Positions 38,295-51,984 of a stretch of 64,000 bases of DNA are shown piece after piece. Source of the stretch: Podarcis vaucheri (Eukaryota). The notes beneath the pieces were generated by a model. It had not been told where the DNA came from and searched no databases. It saw only the letters and a program-made list of their open reading frames with translations. Where the stretch lies: NCBI GenBank assembly GCA_965113315.1, contig OZ220369.1; one strand, 5' to 3'. Positions within the stretch are counted from its first letter, which is position 1. Every line of letters begins with the position of its first letter. The position numbers and the translations under genes are program-made.

Positions 38295-40676
38295 GTGCTT
38301 GCACTGGGATCCATTCCACTAGAAAGCCACTAGGCTTGGCAAGACACAAGGAGAAGAAGTGACCCTGAGAATCCTCAGAAGATTCTGCAAAGAATGAGGA
38401 AATGGCCACTGGGTCATTGTTGCCCTATTGAGGGACTGGTAAACCATATTTACTGCTTTGGATGATGGGGTAGGACAGGGATAAGATTCTTGTGTTCTGA
38501 GGTTGTGGGACTCCAGCTCCCATCAGCCCCAGCCGGCATGGTCTGGGGCATTTAGAGATGAGGTTATGATCTATCTTCAGGGTTAGAAGCAGTATTCTGA
38601 AAAACAGTTGCCGGAAACCACAAGAAGGGAAAGTGCTCTTGTGTTTAGGTCCTGCTTCAGGCCTCCCAAATGCATCTAGGAGGCCACCGTGAGAAGAGGA
38701 TACCTGAATAAATGGGTCACTGACCTGATCTAGAAAGGCTCTTAGCATCTGGGACAGGATCCACATTCCTACACTAGGAGAACTTTCTCATCTGCAAGTT
38801 CCTCTGGAGATAGAATGCATTTGCATGCCAGTTGCCCCGAATCAGAAATGGGAAAAGTACCGTTGATCTCAGCTCCTGCTTTGGGGATTCCCGGTCATGT
38901 TCACTATCATTTTGTATTATTTCTATACGTTATCATATAAATTGCTGTATGCCACCTTGCATATTGTACAAATTGACAGTATATAAATGCTTTTCTAAAT
39001 GAGGTAAAATAAGTAAAAAATGCACCCCCAGTCATTTCAACCCAACAATGAAACACCTCGCATCATGCTAGTGAAATGATTCAGATGATTTGGTAAAAAC
39101 ATCAACATCAGAAGGCATGCATTAGTTTCATAGATGCTTGAGATCCATGGAGAAACAACTCTGGGGGAAAAGTTATTACTATCTCCCCCCCACACACAAA
39201 CACACAAACACAGTATCATACTCGGGGGTGGTCCTACCATTAGGCAGAATGAAACATCTTCCTCAGGTGCTGGCAGATGTGAGAATGCCGGGAACAGTGA
39301 TGAGTTTTGGGGACTAGAAAGGTAAGAGAGATGTGTTGATTAATTGAGCTGCCCTTCACCATTCATGCTAACCTGCTGTCTTCACATGTAGGGGTGGTGG
39401 GATGATGCTGCCCCTTTGCCATTGTTGAAGTCACATCCAGCTGTCAATCTGGTCGGCTTTTATTACATAGGAGAGGAGGGAGGTGTCATCTTGTTCTTTG
39501 CCTTGGGTTGCAAAACGTCTTAGAAGAGCCCTAAGAATGATGCAAGGCTTGCGGGAGGCAGAAGGTGAAAACTCTTTGGCAGCAGAACATAGGATGCTTC
39601 CAGGCAGACCCATTATTCTATTAGTGTTGGCTGCAGTGATGGCTGAGGCTGCAAAGTAGCAACAATTTCATTAGGATGGGAAAACACATTTAAAAGAGAA
39701 CCTAGAATGCTGCCACTTAAAAACAGGATAAGGGTAGATTGCTTATAAATTCAGAGCTGTTGTGTCCACTAGGGATAAGCAACTCCCTTCAAATTGATTC
39801 AGAATTGGGCTCTGTGAGCTGAGCTACTAACAACAACAACAACAATCCCTGTAACAGTTATTTCCTGGTTTTATCAACCCATCATTTGTGTTTGCATCTG
39901 AAACAATAAATTGTGGCTGGACTGAGTTCTTCAAACCAGGATTGCATGCCACCATTTAGTATGGGGTAGGGAAGCTCACTCTAATCAAAGCTTACCAGTT
40001 CAGATGTAACAGTAAACTATGGTGTGAACAAATCAACTAGCAACGTATTAAGTAAGCTGCACAAAGACAGAAGGGAAAGAGGAAACTTAGTGAGCCTCAG
40101 ATCAAAGGACTGTTGGATATGTGATGCACATTCCCCTGTGAAACAGTGCTAAAAAAAATGATGAGTTGGTTTATTGGATCAGACCCAAAGTCCATTTAGT
40201 TCAGCATTCTGTGCTTAGTTGGGGAAAATGCATTGTTGCTGACTAAGGGTGCATTCAGACAAGGGGAATGTTGTTAGTGTTCCTGGTTATAAGGCTAGCC
40301 CTTCTGTCCAGTCTTCTAATATTCCTTTTACACTGCATTACCTGTTGTGTTATGGCACTGTGGCAATTTGACCCAATATACTGGAATGTCACACTAAATT
40401 GCATTCACAACAGCAGGCATGGTATGCCACCACAATGAACATCATTGGACAAACTCACTCCTTCTCTACCCTTTCCACGCATGCTTCTGTTCCCCCAAGA
40501 TTCACCCATGAAAACAGCAGGAAAGAGCTATATGCCAGAATACAGCCCCAAATTTTGGCATTTTACCCCTGCAGTTTTCTGGGTTGAGGGAGATGCAAAA
40601 TGATTTTTTAATGGAAAGAGTTAACACAGAAATGAGCGCTAAATATGCACTATATTCCACTAGGGTATAAATAATA

Positions 40677-40677
<1 letters not shown>

Positions 40678-40720
<43 letters not shown>
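40678..40720. repeat. (ATT)n microsatellite
   Basis: Directly visible. Confidence 0.96.
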
Positions 40721-40721
<1 letters not shown>

Positions 40722-43254
40722 CTGACATCAACAGACTTTACTAATGTAAGCCTGTGGATTTCAATGGATCACCTTAGAATATGACTTCACTTAATTCAAC
40801 CCAAGGGTTCGGAATGGGGTAAAGATGAGATATTGTTTTTCCACAATAATAATGGCGAAGCACTTCCTGTTAAGCTGACACCACACAGTTCCATCTTGGT
40901 GATAATCAAGAAACCTTCCCCCAAAGATGGAAGAAAGCTTCCCTGCAAAATATGGGAAAAGAGATGGCCATGAAATACGTTGTTAACCTGTTGATATTAA
41001 AAATAAGGATTTCTCTTTTCTTCAGCATTAGTCTGATCAGTCCAAAAAATGACATCATTCTTAGGATTAAGGCTATTTTAATTAAGTTTCCAACTCGGTC
41101 TGAAAATCAGCCCAGTGGTCTACAGTATCTCTAGACATTCCATTTGCCATATCTACAAAATTAAATGGTAAGCTGATGCCACTCTGCTTTTCCAGATAAT
41201 AGTTTTAAGGTGCACCCCAACCCCCAAGGAAAAGATAGCCAAATAGAAGAAAGGTTGAATCAAAATCAGGTTACACAGACAGGTTTGCAGGACCAAGGAT
41301 CATCTGCAGAGGAAGATCATCTGGTTTGCATGCAGAAGGTCCCAGGTTTAATCCCTGGCATCTTGGGGTAGGACTGGGAGAGATTTCTTTCTGTGCCAGC
41401 CCACCCAGGAGACAAGGTGAAGTCACTACCTCAGGTGGCAGGACCCACAGGACAGTAGAACCTGATGTAGATTTTTATTCCCACCCCCCTTGTTCCTGAT
41501 GTACACCTTCACTCATCCCTTCTTTCTTTGTGGGGAGGGAAAATGCCAATTTGTGGTCCACCTCAGGTACCAAAATGTCTTGGGCTGGCCCTGCAGTTTA
41601 GTCTACAAGAAACTTGATGGGCCCATTGGTCTGAGTCAGTTTAAGGCAGCTTCCTATGAACATCAAATCACATTTGTTGGTATACAGAGCAACACATTCT
41701 GCACATGCTTATTTAAAAGTAAGTCCCATTTTGTTCAATTGGGCTTAATCTCAAGTAAGACTATACTAGCTGGCTTTGGCCAGCTGCAGTTCCAGACAAA
41801 CTTACCTGTGAGTAAATCCAATTTAACACAGTGCAATTTAATTCTGAGTAAGCATGCACTGAATTGCACTGCACCTGTTTGTTTCTTAAGACATTTTCTT
41901 TCTGGTCATCCATGCATGCAAACCTTGCAAGCTGAACTTTCTGTGTATGGGTGTGTGCAGTTTTTGGCCACCCTCACCACTGGAGGAGCTGGCTTTGTGT
42001 GTGCATGTGTGCCCCCTTGTAAATCATGCCTCTCAGGGCCCGGAACCAGGAGTCAGATTCCTCTTCATCAGGTGATACAAGATAAAAACTTAGAACCTGA
42101 AGGGAAAGTGCAAGCAGGACCAGTCAGAGAGGTGCTGCTACTAGATGAACCTATAGATGCTGTGCCTTCCCCCACTCCCATCTCAATGATGTGGCACTGC
42201 CATCCTCTGACTCTGAGGACTTTGCTGTATAAGACCCTGGAATACATGAGTCTCCTGCTCCATCACAGTGGGAAATGACTAGAGAAGGCTGGGCCCCTTT
42301 AACTCAAGTAGCATCTTGCAGCACTGCACCAGTTGCTATGACATCATCATCATCATTCCATTAATGTGCATAGCTCTGTATATCTTTTATAAAAGGCCTC
42401 ATTTTAACTTGTTACTTGATGGAGTAACTTCAGAGCTCTGCATTTCACCAAGCACAGCTCTACACCCTGCCTTGTGTCCACCCTGAAGCTCACCTTGTCC
42501 TGGTTGAGCTTTGCCACACCACAGAACATGGCAGCACCTGTCAGCTTCCTCCTCCTTACTCTCAGGGTCTCCCCTTGTAGAACTCAGTGGGGAGGAGGAT
42601 GGGAACAAAACCAGACTTGGCTGGCTCTGCCTCCAAATGGTTCCATCTCCATCAGTCATTGGCTTTGGTTCCACCTATTGTTGACCTCCCTGCCTTCCAT
42701 CCTACCAGTCTCAGTGGGCACCAGTCACCACTGGAGTAAAACTTTAAATCAAGACTGCAGCACACTTCTCTCTGCTTGCCTGGAGTGGATTGAAGAATCC
42801 ATGTTGATTGTGCTAGAGAGGAATCGATCTTTTCCATATTCCACCAAAACTTTTCAGAGTAGAGTAGACCCTTTCTTCCCAATCCTTCATTCTCCATCTA
42901 ACATTCTCAAAGCATTACTGCTCTTACTTATCACTCATTCCAGTCTTCCTGCAATATTAGACTAGGCCAGGGGTAACCCCCAACATGATGACCTCCAGAA
43001 GTTGTTGTTTTGCAGTTCACATCAACTCTGTCCAATGACACTGCTTTCTTTAGCTGTTGGGAGTTGAAGTCCAACATCTAGAGGTTACCAAATTTGCTAC
43101 CCCAGGTTAGACATTGAAAGAGGTTATGTTGAGAGAGAAGAAGAAGATGACGGACAAGTGTTTCTAGATTTCGTTGTGATTTTCTAGATTTTTATATTCT
43201 GTTGGAAGCTGCCCAGAGCGGCTGGGGCAACCCAATCAGATGGGTGGGGTATAA

Positions 43255-43255
43255 G

Positions 43256-43306
<51 letters not shown>
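43255..43306. repeat. (GTT)n microsatellite at the tail of an L2-type 3' end (about 43165-43254)
   Basis: Directly visible; the preceding GGAAGCTGCCCAGAG...GGGGTATAA matches the terminus of the L2 at 63037-63095. Confidence 0.9.
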
Positions 43307-43307
<1 letters not shown>

Positions 43308-43699
43308 ATTCTAACTTCTCTATCTCAAAGCTGAAATTATCTGCTGAGAAGTGAAGTTTAAATTTATGGCCTGACTCAGAAACCTCTTTTCCACTTCATT
43401 ATTGCCATCAAAAATCTGCCTTGTAAGCATGTCCTAATAAAAATTATCAATTCTAATAAAACTTACTATTTGGGGTCATGTTTGCATTCTAAAAGTAAGC
43501 CATTCCCATAATCATCAAGTATCAGACTTCCCACCCGCCTCAACCTCCTGCCAATCTGAAACAAACAAAATGGGCTACAAATTAGAAATAACTTGAAACT
43601 CATGAAATTTGCATGTGCAAAGATTTTTATAACTGCATTTTCACATGACAGCAGATGAAAATCTGCGCAGAAGAACAAAACCTGTGCAATATTTAACAA

Positions 43700-45200
43700 G
43701 ACAGCCAACTGTAAAACTCTTCTGTTTTCCTTTCCCTGATAATTAAACCATTAAAAGTAGCATTTTCAAGAGCCAATTTCAATAGGACAGTTGGGAGAAC
43801 CCTAGCAAAACAAAGGGAACAGAGGCACATACTGAAGCTGTGTTTAAGTAACTGTTGCCCATTAGCATTTTTAATTACTGCCTCATTACCATATAGTTCA
43901 ACAAGCAAGTCAAAGCTGTTGATTTCATCATTTGTAAAAGAAGGTAAACTACCCCCCCCCCTCCTCATTTTATTAATTTACACTCCATGGGAGCTTGTTG
44001 ATGTCCCAGGCCTGAATGCAATTGCTTGGGTAATTCTCACAGAATAAAGAGTCCCCCCACTTTCATTCTTTTTTTTTAAGCATGAAAAAGTTTTGTTTGA
44101 GAAAAGCATGACCCTCGATTCTCATTGATAGCTTCCACCGAGTGTAGGATTCAGTACATTCGAGCACAAAAGCTGAGATTATCTCCTTCTGTTAAAGGCT
44201 TAAAATTCGACAACCAGCCCATGCCCGTTACCAGTATCAGATTATGATAACAAGATCATGTTCAGTTATAAAAACAAGTGTCGAAACTTTTCTCATGTCA
44301 CTTTCGATCCAAGTCGCCCCCATTGCTGAGGGTGAAAGGATCCATCTGAATGCAGGCAGGCAGAAGCTCATTTTAAAGCTACCTCTTTGAACTGGATTCA
44401 TGAGGTATTTGCATAAGAAGATTTGGCGAAAAAGAAAAGAGCTGGTGTTGCATCTGGCCATTAATATGCCTGCTAATACAACACATTGTAAGCCTATTGA
44501 AGTCATACAAAAGGCTGCGATTCAAGGACAGTTATCCTATTGCCATTGTTAACATTTGAATTCAAGTAATATGTTCACTCTAGGAGTACAGTTGTTACAA
44601 TTAGATATATTTTCTAGAACAGCATAAAGAGATAACGGCGATCAGAATGACAATAACTTCTGCTTTGAAGGGAAAGAGAGAGAGAAAGAAAAGACCCTTT
44701 TTGAATTCAGGGATCCCTTTCTTTGGTGCTGAGTCATCATCATTATTTTAAACCTTAAACCAGGAAACATCTTTTGCCACATTATATATTTTTTAAAAGA
44801 ATAAAGAAGGCAGTGGCTAGCAGTCCACAAATATGAGTGAAGGTTGTCTTTTGAAAGAATTTTAATGATAATAAATAATAATAAAGAAATCAAAAGTTGA
44901 AATGCCCCAAATTTAGGTTTCTTAAAACGTGATCGTCAAGAATCTTCTTCATGAGCAGAAGGGGAGTATTTTAATCCGTCAGATGAACAATACAACAGCT
45001 TTGCTTGCATCAATAAGGGAGAGCTTACGCACAATTCTTTCTTTCCCCCTGCCTACGGATTCATGGAAGTTTCCATATTTTCACAAACTTGAAATGCCAG
45101 AAAGGGCAGATTATTCGGCAAGAAGCCGGCGCTACAGCCGGGTGGTGGATTCACAGTTGAAATGGTGGTGAGCAGAGAAATGGAAAGCTGTTTTCACAGA
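43700..45200. promoter_or_regulatory. Cluster of putative conserved non-coding elements
   Basis: TE-free unique sequence, CpG retention, octamer ATTTGCAT (44407), TCF-type CTTTGAA (44384), SOX-type CATTGT (44484, 44544). Confidence 0.45.
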
Positions 45201-47429
45201 AAGCTGTTCTCAGAAGCGTCATGAGATGCTTTTCAGTGAGGAACGTCAACGCAAAGACAATGGGGGGAAGGGGGGGAGAGATTTGAGGGAAATAGACGAA
45301 CAAACAAATACAGCAAATGAAAACATTGGTCTTTCCAGCACCCGACTCTTTGTATCAGGGAACGGGCTAACTAGCAATAACCCAACAAATCCAAACCCTT
45401 TTATAAAGAGAATAATTGCTCCTTATTTTTTGGCCCCTGGGAAAAATGATTTGGGGGGACACAGATGACCCCGCTGCAATTTCTGCTACCTACAACGAAA
45501 GTATTGTTGTGGGCCTAGTTGAAAATTCTGGATCCAGGGATTGTGTGGTGTCTCTTTCCTCTCTCATTCTCTCCCCCACTTTTTTTTTTTACTTTTTTAA
45601 AAAAACTTTGCATCCCTAAGAGAAGACTTCAAAGACCAGAGAGATATGTGCTTTGTCTTGTTTGGTCTCTGACTCTCAACATGTGGTTTTGCAGGCCCAA
45701 ATACCGGCACCTTTTAACCTATTCTGTTCAGCTTAGGTCTTAACTCCATTTGAACATTAGGGAAACTATAGTAACCAATAATCTGGCCCCAGCACAATAG
45801 AAACTATGTATCTTGTCACACAAGAGCTGCCTGAAGATCACCATTCTAGACAAGTTTCTTTACAGGACTCGGGCTTTCTTTTCGTGGGGGCCCAGGCAGG
45901 CTCGCTGAAACGGTGTCAAAAGCCTGTCGCTTTTCTACTCCCTCCCCTTCCCCCCTCTTTTGACTGAGCTGGTGGGGGGAGAAGCATGAGGGGGTGGCGG
46001 TGGAGATCTGTGTGGTTAATTTATATTTAACAGATAGGATGTCGGCCCTGGAAAACGTATCCACGTTTTGATTGTCTATTACAAATGTTTTCATGAAGTT
46101 ATAAATGACGGCTCTTGAGAAAAAGAAAAAAGGAGAAAGAATAGGGGGGGAAACCAAGACATCTCTTGGAGAAAGAGAGTCCAGCCAGTGGGAAGGTAGA
46201 ACATATTGCTCCCCTCCCCTCCCTCCTGTTCCCCTTAACATAACTTTGTTTAGGGTCAATGTGAATGCAAGCAGCGTTGGCAGATGTCCCCTCTTTTAAG
46301 GGATAGCGCCTCTTCTAGAGTACACCCATTGCCTAAAGTACAAGGGACACTTCTCTATTGTACAATTCCATTGCTCCCTTGGAATCTCAGGAGACATGCT
46401 GCAGCTCTGTATAGCCCTTTAATTTGAAACTATTGATCTGACAACTCTAGCTCAAATGAATCACAAACCCTGGCCTAGTCGCTAGGCCTTAGCGTCTTGG
46501 GACGTTGGTTATGCCTAACTTGGAAGTCACACACTCCCAACTTTGGAGAGCCATGGTAGTGTAGGGTTTATAGAGTTTTGGACTCAAAAGTCATGGGTTC
46601 AAGTCCCTAGGAGGCCAGGCAGCTTGCGAAGTGACCTTGGACCAGGTACTGTTTCTCAGTCTAGCCTACTTCACAAGGCTGGGATGAAATGGGGAGCAGA
46701 ATGTATGCCACCTAGAACGATTTGGTGGAAAGGTGGACTACAAATGTAATAATAAATAAAAAGTTCATAAGCTTAGATTCTGAACTAGGAACTTGCATGT
46801 GGATGTATGCAGAAACTGCTGGCTTTCACTTAGTTGGAATGTTGCCGTTTTTGCACAAAGGTAAGAGCCATGTCTGTTGCTCGGCCACTTTTGCTTCTAG
46901 CCTGGCCCACCACTGACATACAGCCCCTGGAAATTTGCCCAGAAAGGAGTGAGGCCATCAGGATTGTTGCCTTTTTTAAGTTCCACAGCTCTGTTATAGT
47001 GGGTAGGTTTATCCATACAGGGGAGTCTCAGAACTATTGGACCCTGAGTGCTCTCTTTACCACAGACAAGAAGAGAATCTATGTGTTCTTCCTTGGACAG
47101 GTGGGTTATGGGGAACGTCATGGCTGTTATTAGATAGCAGTGAGTAAAAATATGATACATTTATTATGTATCACTTCGCTTTGGTGCTTTTCTTCCAAGC
47201 TGCTCAGTGCACAAGGCTTGACATAGGGAACACATAAATCATAAGCATATATTATATACATAACAGCATCCTCTTCTCACAGTGGCTGACCACCTATGGG
47301 AAGCACAGCATTCTCTACACTTGTGATGCCAAGCAGCTGTGCATTATAAACCTACAGAGGGCATTAGTCTCCTGTAAAAGCCAGAGAACTCCTTGCTGTG
47401 GGATCACATTCATCCAGTGCTTTACCAGC

Positions 47430-48065
47430 TGCACTAGCTCCCAGTGGAGTACAGGGTCATGTTTAATGTGCTGGTTTTGACCTTTAAAGCCCTATGCGGC
47501 CTAGGACCCATGTACCTGCGGAACCGCCTCTCCTGGTATGCTCCACGGAGGACCTTATGGTCCATAAATAACAACACTTTGGAGTTCCCATGCCTCAAGG
47601 AGGTTAGATTGGTTTCAACTAGGGCCAGGGCCTTTTCAGCCCTGGCCCCAATGTGGTGGAATGCTCTGTCACAAGAGACTAGGGCCCTGCAGGATTTGAC
47701 ATCTTTCTGCAGGGCCTGCAAGACAGAGCTGTTCCACCCGGCCTTTGGTTTAGACTCACTCTGACCCCTTATATGGGATTTGGTATATAAATTTTCTCTT
47801 GGCTTTTTTGCTGGCCCATGTAGGACCAGCATGGATAGCTGGCTCGGGTGAATATCTGATGTTTCCTCCCTTTATGGTCTTGATTTATGGGCTACTACTA
47901 AAATGAGGCTGCATTTTAAGCTGCATTTTAAGCTGTATTTTAATTAACTGTTTGTTTGTTTGTTTGTTTGTTTGTTTGTTTGTTGTTTCCTATTACATTT
48001 TATTGTAATTCATATTTGGTGTTAGCCGCCCTGAGCCTGGCCCTGACCAGGGAGGGCGGGGTGTA
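47430..48065 (+). mobile_element. L2 LINE 3' end
   Basis: YRVMFNVLVLTFKALCGLGPMYLRNRL...RAFSALAPMWWNAL followed by 3' UTR and terminal GCCGCCCTGAGC...GGGCGGGGT. Confidence 0.9.
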
Positions 48066-49619
48066 AATATTTTTATTATATTATTTATTATTGTTCATTT
48101 TGGTGGGGCAATCCTCAAGAGGATTGCGCCCACAATGCAGGTAACTGCACATATTTGGGATGTTCAAAAAAGCCCAATATAAACATATCACACAATGTGA
48201 AAGCAGCCTGCATTTGGAAGGACGTGACGTTATAATGCGCTCAAGCAGTTTGATTGTTCCATGACGTAAATACAGCTTGGTATGTGATAGAAAACCTTCT
48301 GGTTTTTATGGAATCATTCTAGAATATCACACTCAGAGGGAAAAGTAACCCATCCTCTGGACTGAATCGAGAGTCACTGATTCCAGGATTTGGAATCACC
48401 CAACAAAGCTCTCCACCTGCTATACTGGGTTGCTTCAACTAAATTAGTTCTGTCTATTAATTTCAATGGGTCTACACTGAGTAGGACCAGTATTGACTAC
48501 CACCCAATATTTCCTTACGGTACCGTCAAAGTTGCTTATTTTTCTTCCTTTGGTTCACCTGCTAATATTAGAAGGCAGCAAAGTTTGGGAAACCTAAGAG
48601 CTAGTTGTACAAAGCTGTATTCAAACTGACCCAACATCCACGGGCAACTGGCTGCCGTCTGCTTTTGGCAGCTTTGGCATATTTGGTCATTTATTGGGTG
48701 CATGCAAAGATCAAATGGGTTCAGATTCTTCTCCTTAAACAGCAGGGAAAAGAACATCAAAAAGGTGTAAATTTCATTCCCCCAGTTTTGATTAAGTCAA
48801 GCATGAAATGAAATGTAATACTCTCAAGTGGCAAAGGGTTTAGACCATTGATGTTGTTACTTCTGCTTCACAAAGCCCAATCAGCCGACAGCGAGTTGAA
48901 CAAGCTAAGAGAGTTTTAGGGTAGCCAGATGGAGGGTTTTTACTATGGTTGAAAAGAGGGATTTGTGCTTGCCTCTTCAAGCCAAGTCAATGCCAACTGT
49001 GTGAAATTCTGGCCATAACACCTCCTCTTTCCACTGCCCCCTCCCTCTCATATCCAGCGTTGGTGACTAGCACCACACAGTTTTGATAAAAACACAAAAA
49101 TACCACTCCTTAGTCAAGCAGTGCATCAACTGTGTAACTTTTTGGCCCGAATTGCTTCCTACCACCCACTAAAGTTCTGGTGTTTGTCACACGTTGCCTG
49201 AACTTTTGACTGAGTTTGGACAACGGTGTCTTTAATGTACAGCTTCTGTACATGCCTTTTACTTAAAACAAGGTTACACTGATTTCCAGGGTACCTTTAT
49301 GGAAGCACCCAAAAGTTCTCTTTACAAAAGATTTTTAAAAATCCTAGGGGTTGAATTCCACCAAGTTTGCCAGAGTTTATGTCACTTAGAGAGGGAGGAG
49401 AGGGAAATGTAATGAAATATTTTTTTAAAAAAGAACGATGGCTTAATTCATAATGAAAATAAGCTAATTGCTTTGGGGTAGGTTTAGGTTTTATTAAACC
49501 TAAATAAAACCAGATCAGTGTCTAGAAGGTTTGTTTTTTTAAAAAATGCACTGGTAACAGGTCTTCAATTGAGTGCAGCTTTGCTGCATTAGGAAATGTG
49601 TTTCTGCAACACACACACA

Positions 49620-50300
49620 CACCCTATTGCCAGTGCAATAGTCTTACTGCCCTTACATTGTCAAATTTAATGCTCCAGCCACTATACAGCTTGAAGAGAA
49701 GCAAGTGGCTTTGGTAAAGACTTAATAGAATCTTTAATACTTCTAACAATCCAGTCCCATTGAACTGCATTAAGTAGATATTATGGAAGGACAAAGAGTT
49801 AAATAGCTCATCATCAACCTCATTAGGCATGCAGGCAGGCCTCAAACCATTTTATGGGCCAGTCTATTGTTAGTACACTCACCAGGTTAGCTTTAAATTG
49901 CAAATTATACTGTGAAAAGGCGAGGGGGGGGAGGTGAAGAAGTGGCAAGGTTGGGTGTGTTTTGAGGGTTTTTTATGGCCCCCCAGGAAGAAAATTATTT
50001 TCAGCGATTCAAAAATGAAAGGCATTGTTGCAACAGTTCTGACCGTAGCAAATGAAATATATCATGGGATTGAGAGCTCAATACCGCCCTTGAGACTTCT
50101 CTAAAGAAAAAAGAAAAAAAGTTGGCTTCCTCTCTGCTATCAAATGTGGACCACATCAGAACATGAAACAATCTAAGCCATCAGGCTTAGAAAGGGTGCT
50201 GCAATAGAGGCCTCTGGGTCGTCTGCACTTAAACAAATAGGATACATTTCACAATTAGCTGGCAGGGATTTGGAAATAAAGAGGTCCCCGTCCCAAGGAA
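49620..50300. promoter_or_regulatory. Putative conserved non-coding element
   Basis: TE-free; TTTTATGG (HOX/CDX-type) at 49850 and 49971; CATTGT motifs. Inference only. Confidence 0.38.
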
Positions 50301-50862
50301 AAACAAAGCCATACAAAACCCTGCACTGTGTAAGCAAAATTTCCACATGCAAAAGTCAACGTGCACAGAACTGTTCTTAGAATGGGTTTATACATTATGG
50401 ATGTGGATTGCAGAAACACATCCAAGCACCTTCTGATTATTCAGTGCAACCTGCAAAGCATAAGACTCATTGATCTCACCCCCTGGGTGACCTTGGGGGA
50501 TACTGGATCTCACCTTGAGTCAGACTCTATTGTACTTCATTTGGCACAGCAGATTTATTTTGGCAAGGCTCATAATGGATGTGCAATCCAAATCTATCAA
50601 ATTTCTCTGAGGGATCAATAACCCTATGTGATCCATAAAGGCATTCCGATATAGGAGCCTCTTATATTTCCTGAAATGCAGGAAGCCTTACCCACCCAAA
50701 GGGTGTATCTGTCCAGTGACTGATACATCACTACACGCCACTGGTGGCATGTTCCAGCTCTAACCATGGCAAGTTGCATCAATCAATTAAAGGATGAACA
50801 GGGAGGTGCCTTGGAAGTTTATTAAATGCAATTGATCAGCAATCTCCTTTAGGACTCAGGGA

Positions 50863-50935
50863 GGGAGCTGTGTTGGTCTGACGCAGTCAAAATATATAAA
50901 AAAAATTATAAAATTGTCCAGTAGCACCTTAGAGA
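50863..50935. mobile_element. Short Penelope-like element fragment
   Basis: AGCTGTGTTGGTCTG...TCCAGTAGCACCTTAGAGA resembles sauropsid Penelope termini, from memory. Confidence 0.5.
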
Positions 50936-51404
50936 TGACCCTCTTTTTTCCAGGCAATGGAAGTTAATGAGATGCAGAGATCTTTAGCAACAGCAGAGGT
51001 TGGAAAAAAGGAGGAAAAAATAAGGAGGAAAAAGAACAAAATCAAATCCAATGGGAGTTAAGTGTGCTTAAGTCCATTAATTTCAGTAGGCTTAAGAACA
51101 CTTAAGGCTATTGACCTATACCCATTTACCTGGGAGTAAGCTCCATTGAACTCAATGGGATTTACGGTACTTGTGAATAGACAAATACAGCATTGTGCTA
51201 TAAATATTTGTTGGATTGTGGCTGCTAAGTACCACATTTTGAAAGCCAGGAGCCGTGGAACAAATCTCTCACTGGCCACCTCTGCACTATACATTTAAAA
51301 CACTGCTGAGAGTTGTTAGTTCTCAGAGTTCCCTAGGGAGAGGGATTGATGGTTACACACATCTGGGAATTGTAGCTCTGTGAGGGGGAATAGGGGTCTT
51401 CTAA

Positions 51405-51768
51405 GGGACGCGGGTGGTGCTGTGGGTAAAACCTCAGTGCCTAGGACTTGCCGATCGTATGGTTGGCAGTTCGAATCCCTGCAACGGGGTGAGCTCCCGT
51501 CTTTCGGTCCCAGCTCCTGCCCACCTAGCAGTTCGAAAGCACCCCTAAGTGCAAGTAGATTAATAGGTACCGCTTTATAGCGGGAAGGTAAACGGCGTTT
51601 CCGTGTGCTGCGCTGGTGCTGGGCTCACCAGAGCAGCTTCGTCACGCTGGCCACGTGACCCGGAAGTGTCTCCGGACAGCGCTGGCCCCCGGCCTCTTAA
51701 GTGAGATGGGCGCACAACCCTAGAGTCAGACACGACTGGCCCATACGGGCAGGGGTACCTTTACCTTT
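51405..51768 (+). mobile_element. Sauria SINE, full length, different subfamily
   Basis: GGGACGCGGGTGG head, core AAGTGCAAGTAGAT, ACCTTTACCTTT tail, CpGs largely intact. Confidence 0.93.
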
Positions 51769-51949
51769 AAGAACGTTCAGCATCCTTAACCAACTACAGT
51801 TTCCATGATGTTTTTGGAGAAGCCATGTGCTTTAAGCGTCTAGTGAGTACACAGCCTCTCTTTCTCTCTGCAGCACAGCATAAATTAAGGCTCCCTTGCA
51901 TGGTGAATTTTTTTGCCTTCTGAATATTTCAGAGCTGTGAAATTTTTGG

Positions 51950-51984
<35 letters not shown>

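Noticed and set aside
41490-42278. Longest ORF (262 aa)
   Set aside because: Non-ATG start, crosses several repeat fragments, no domain-like composition.
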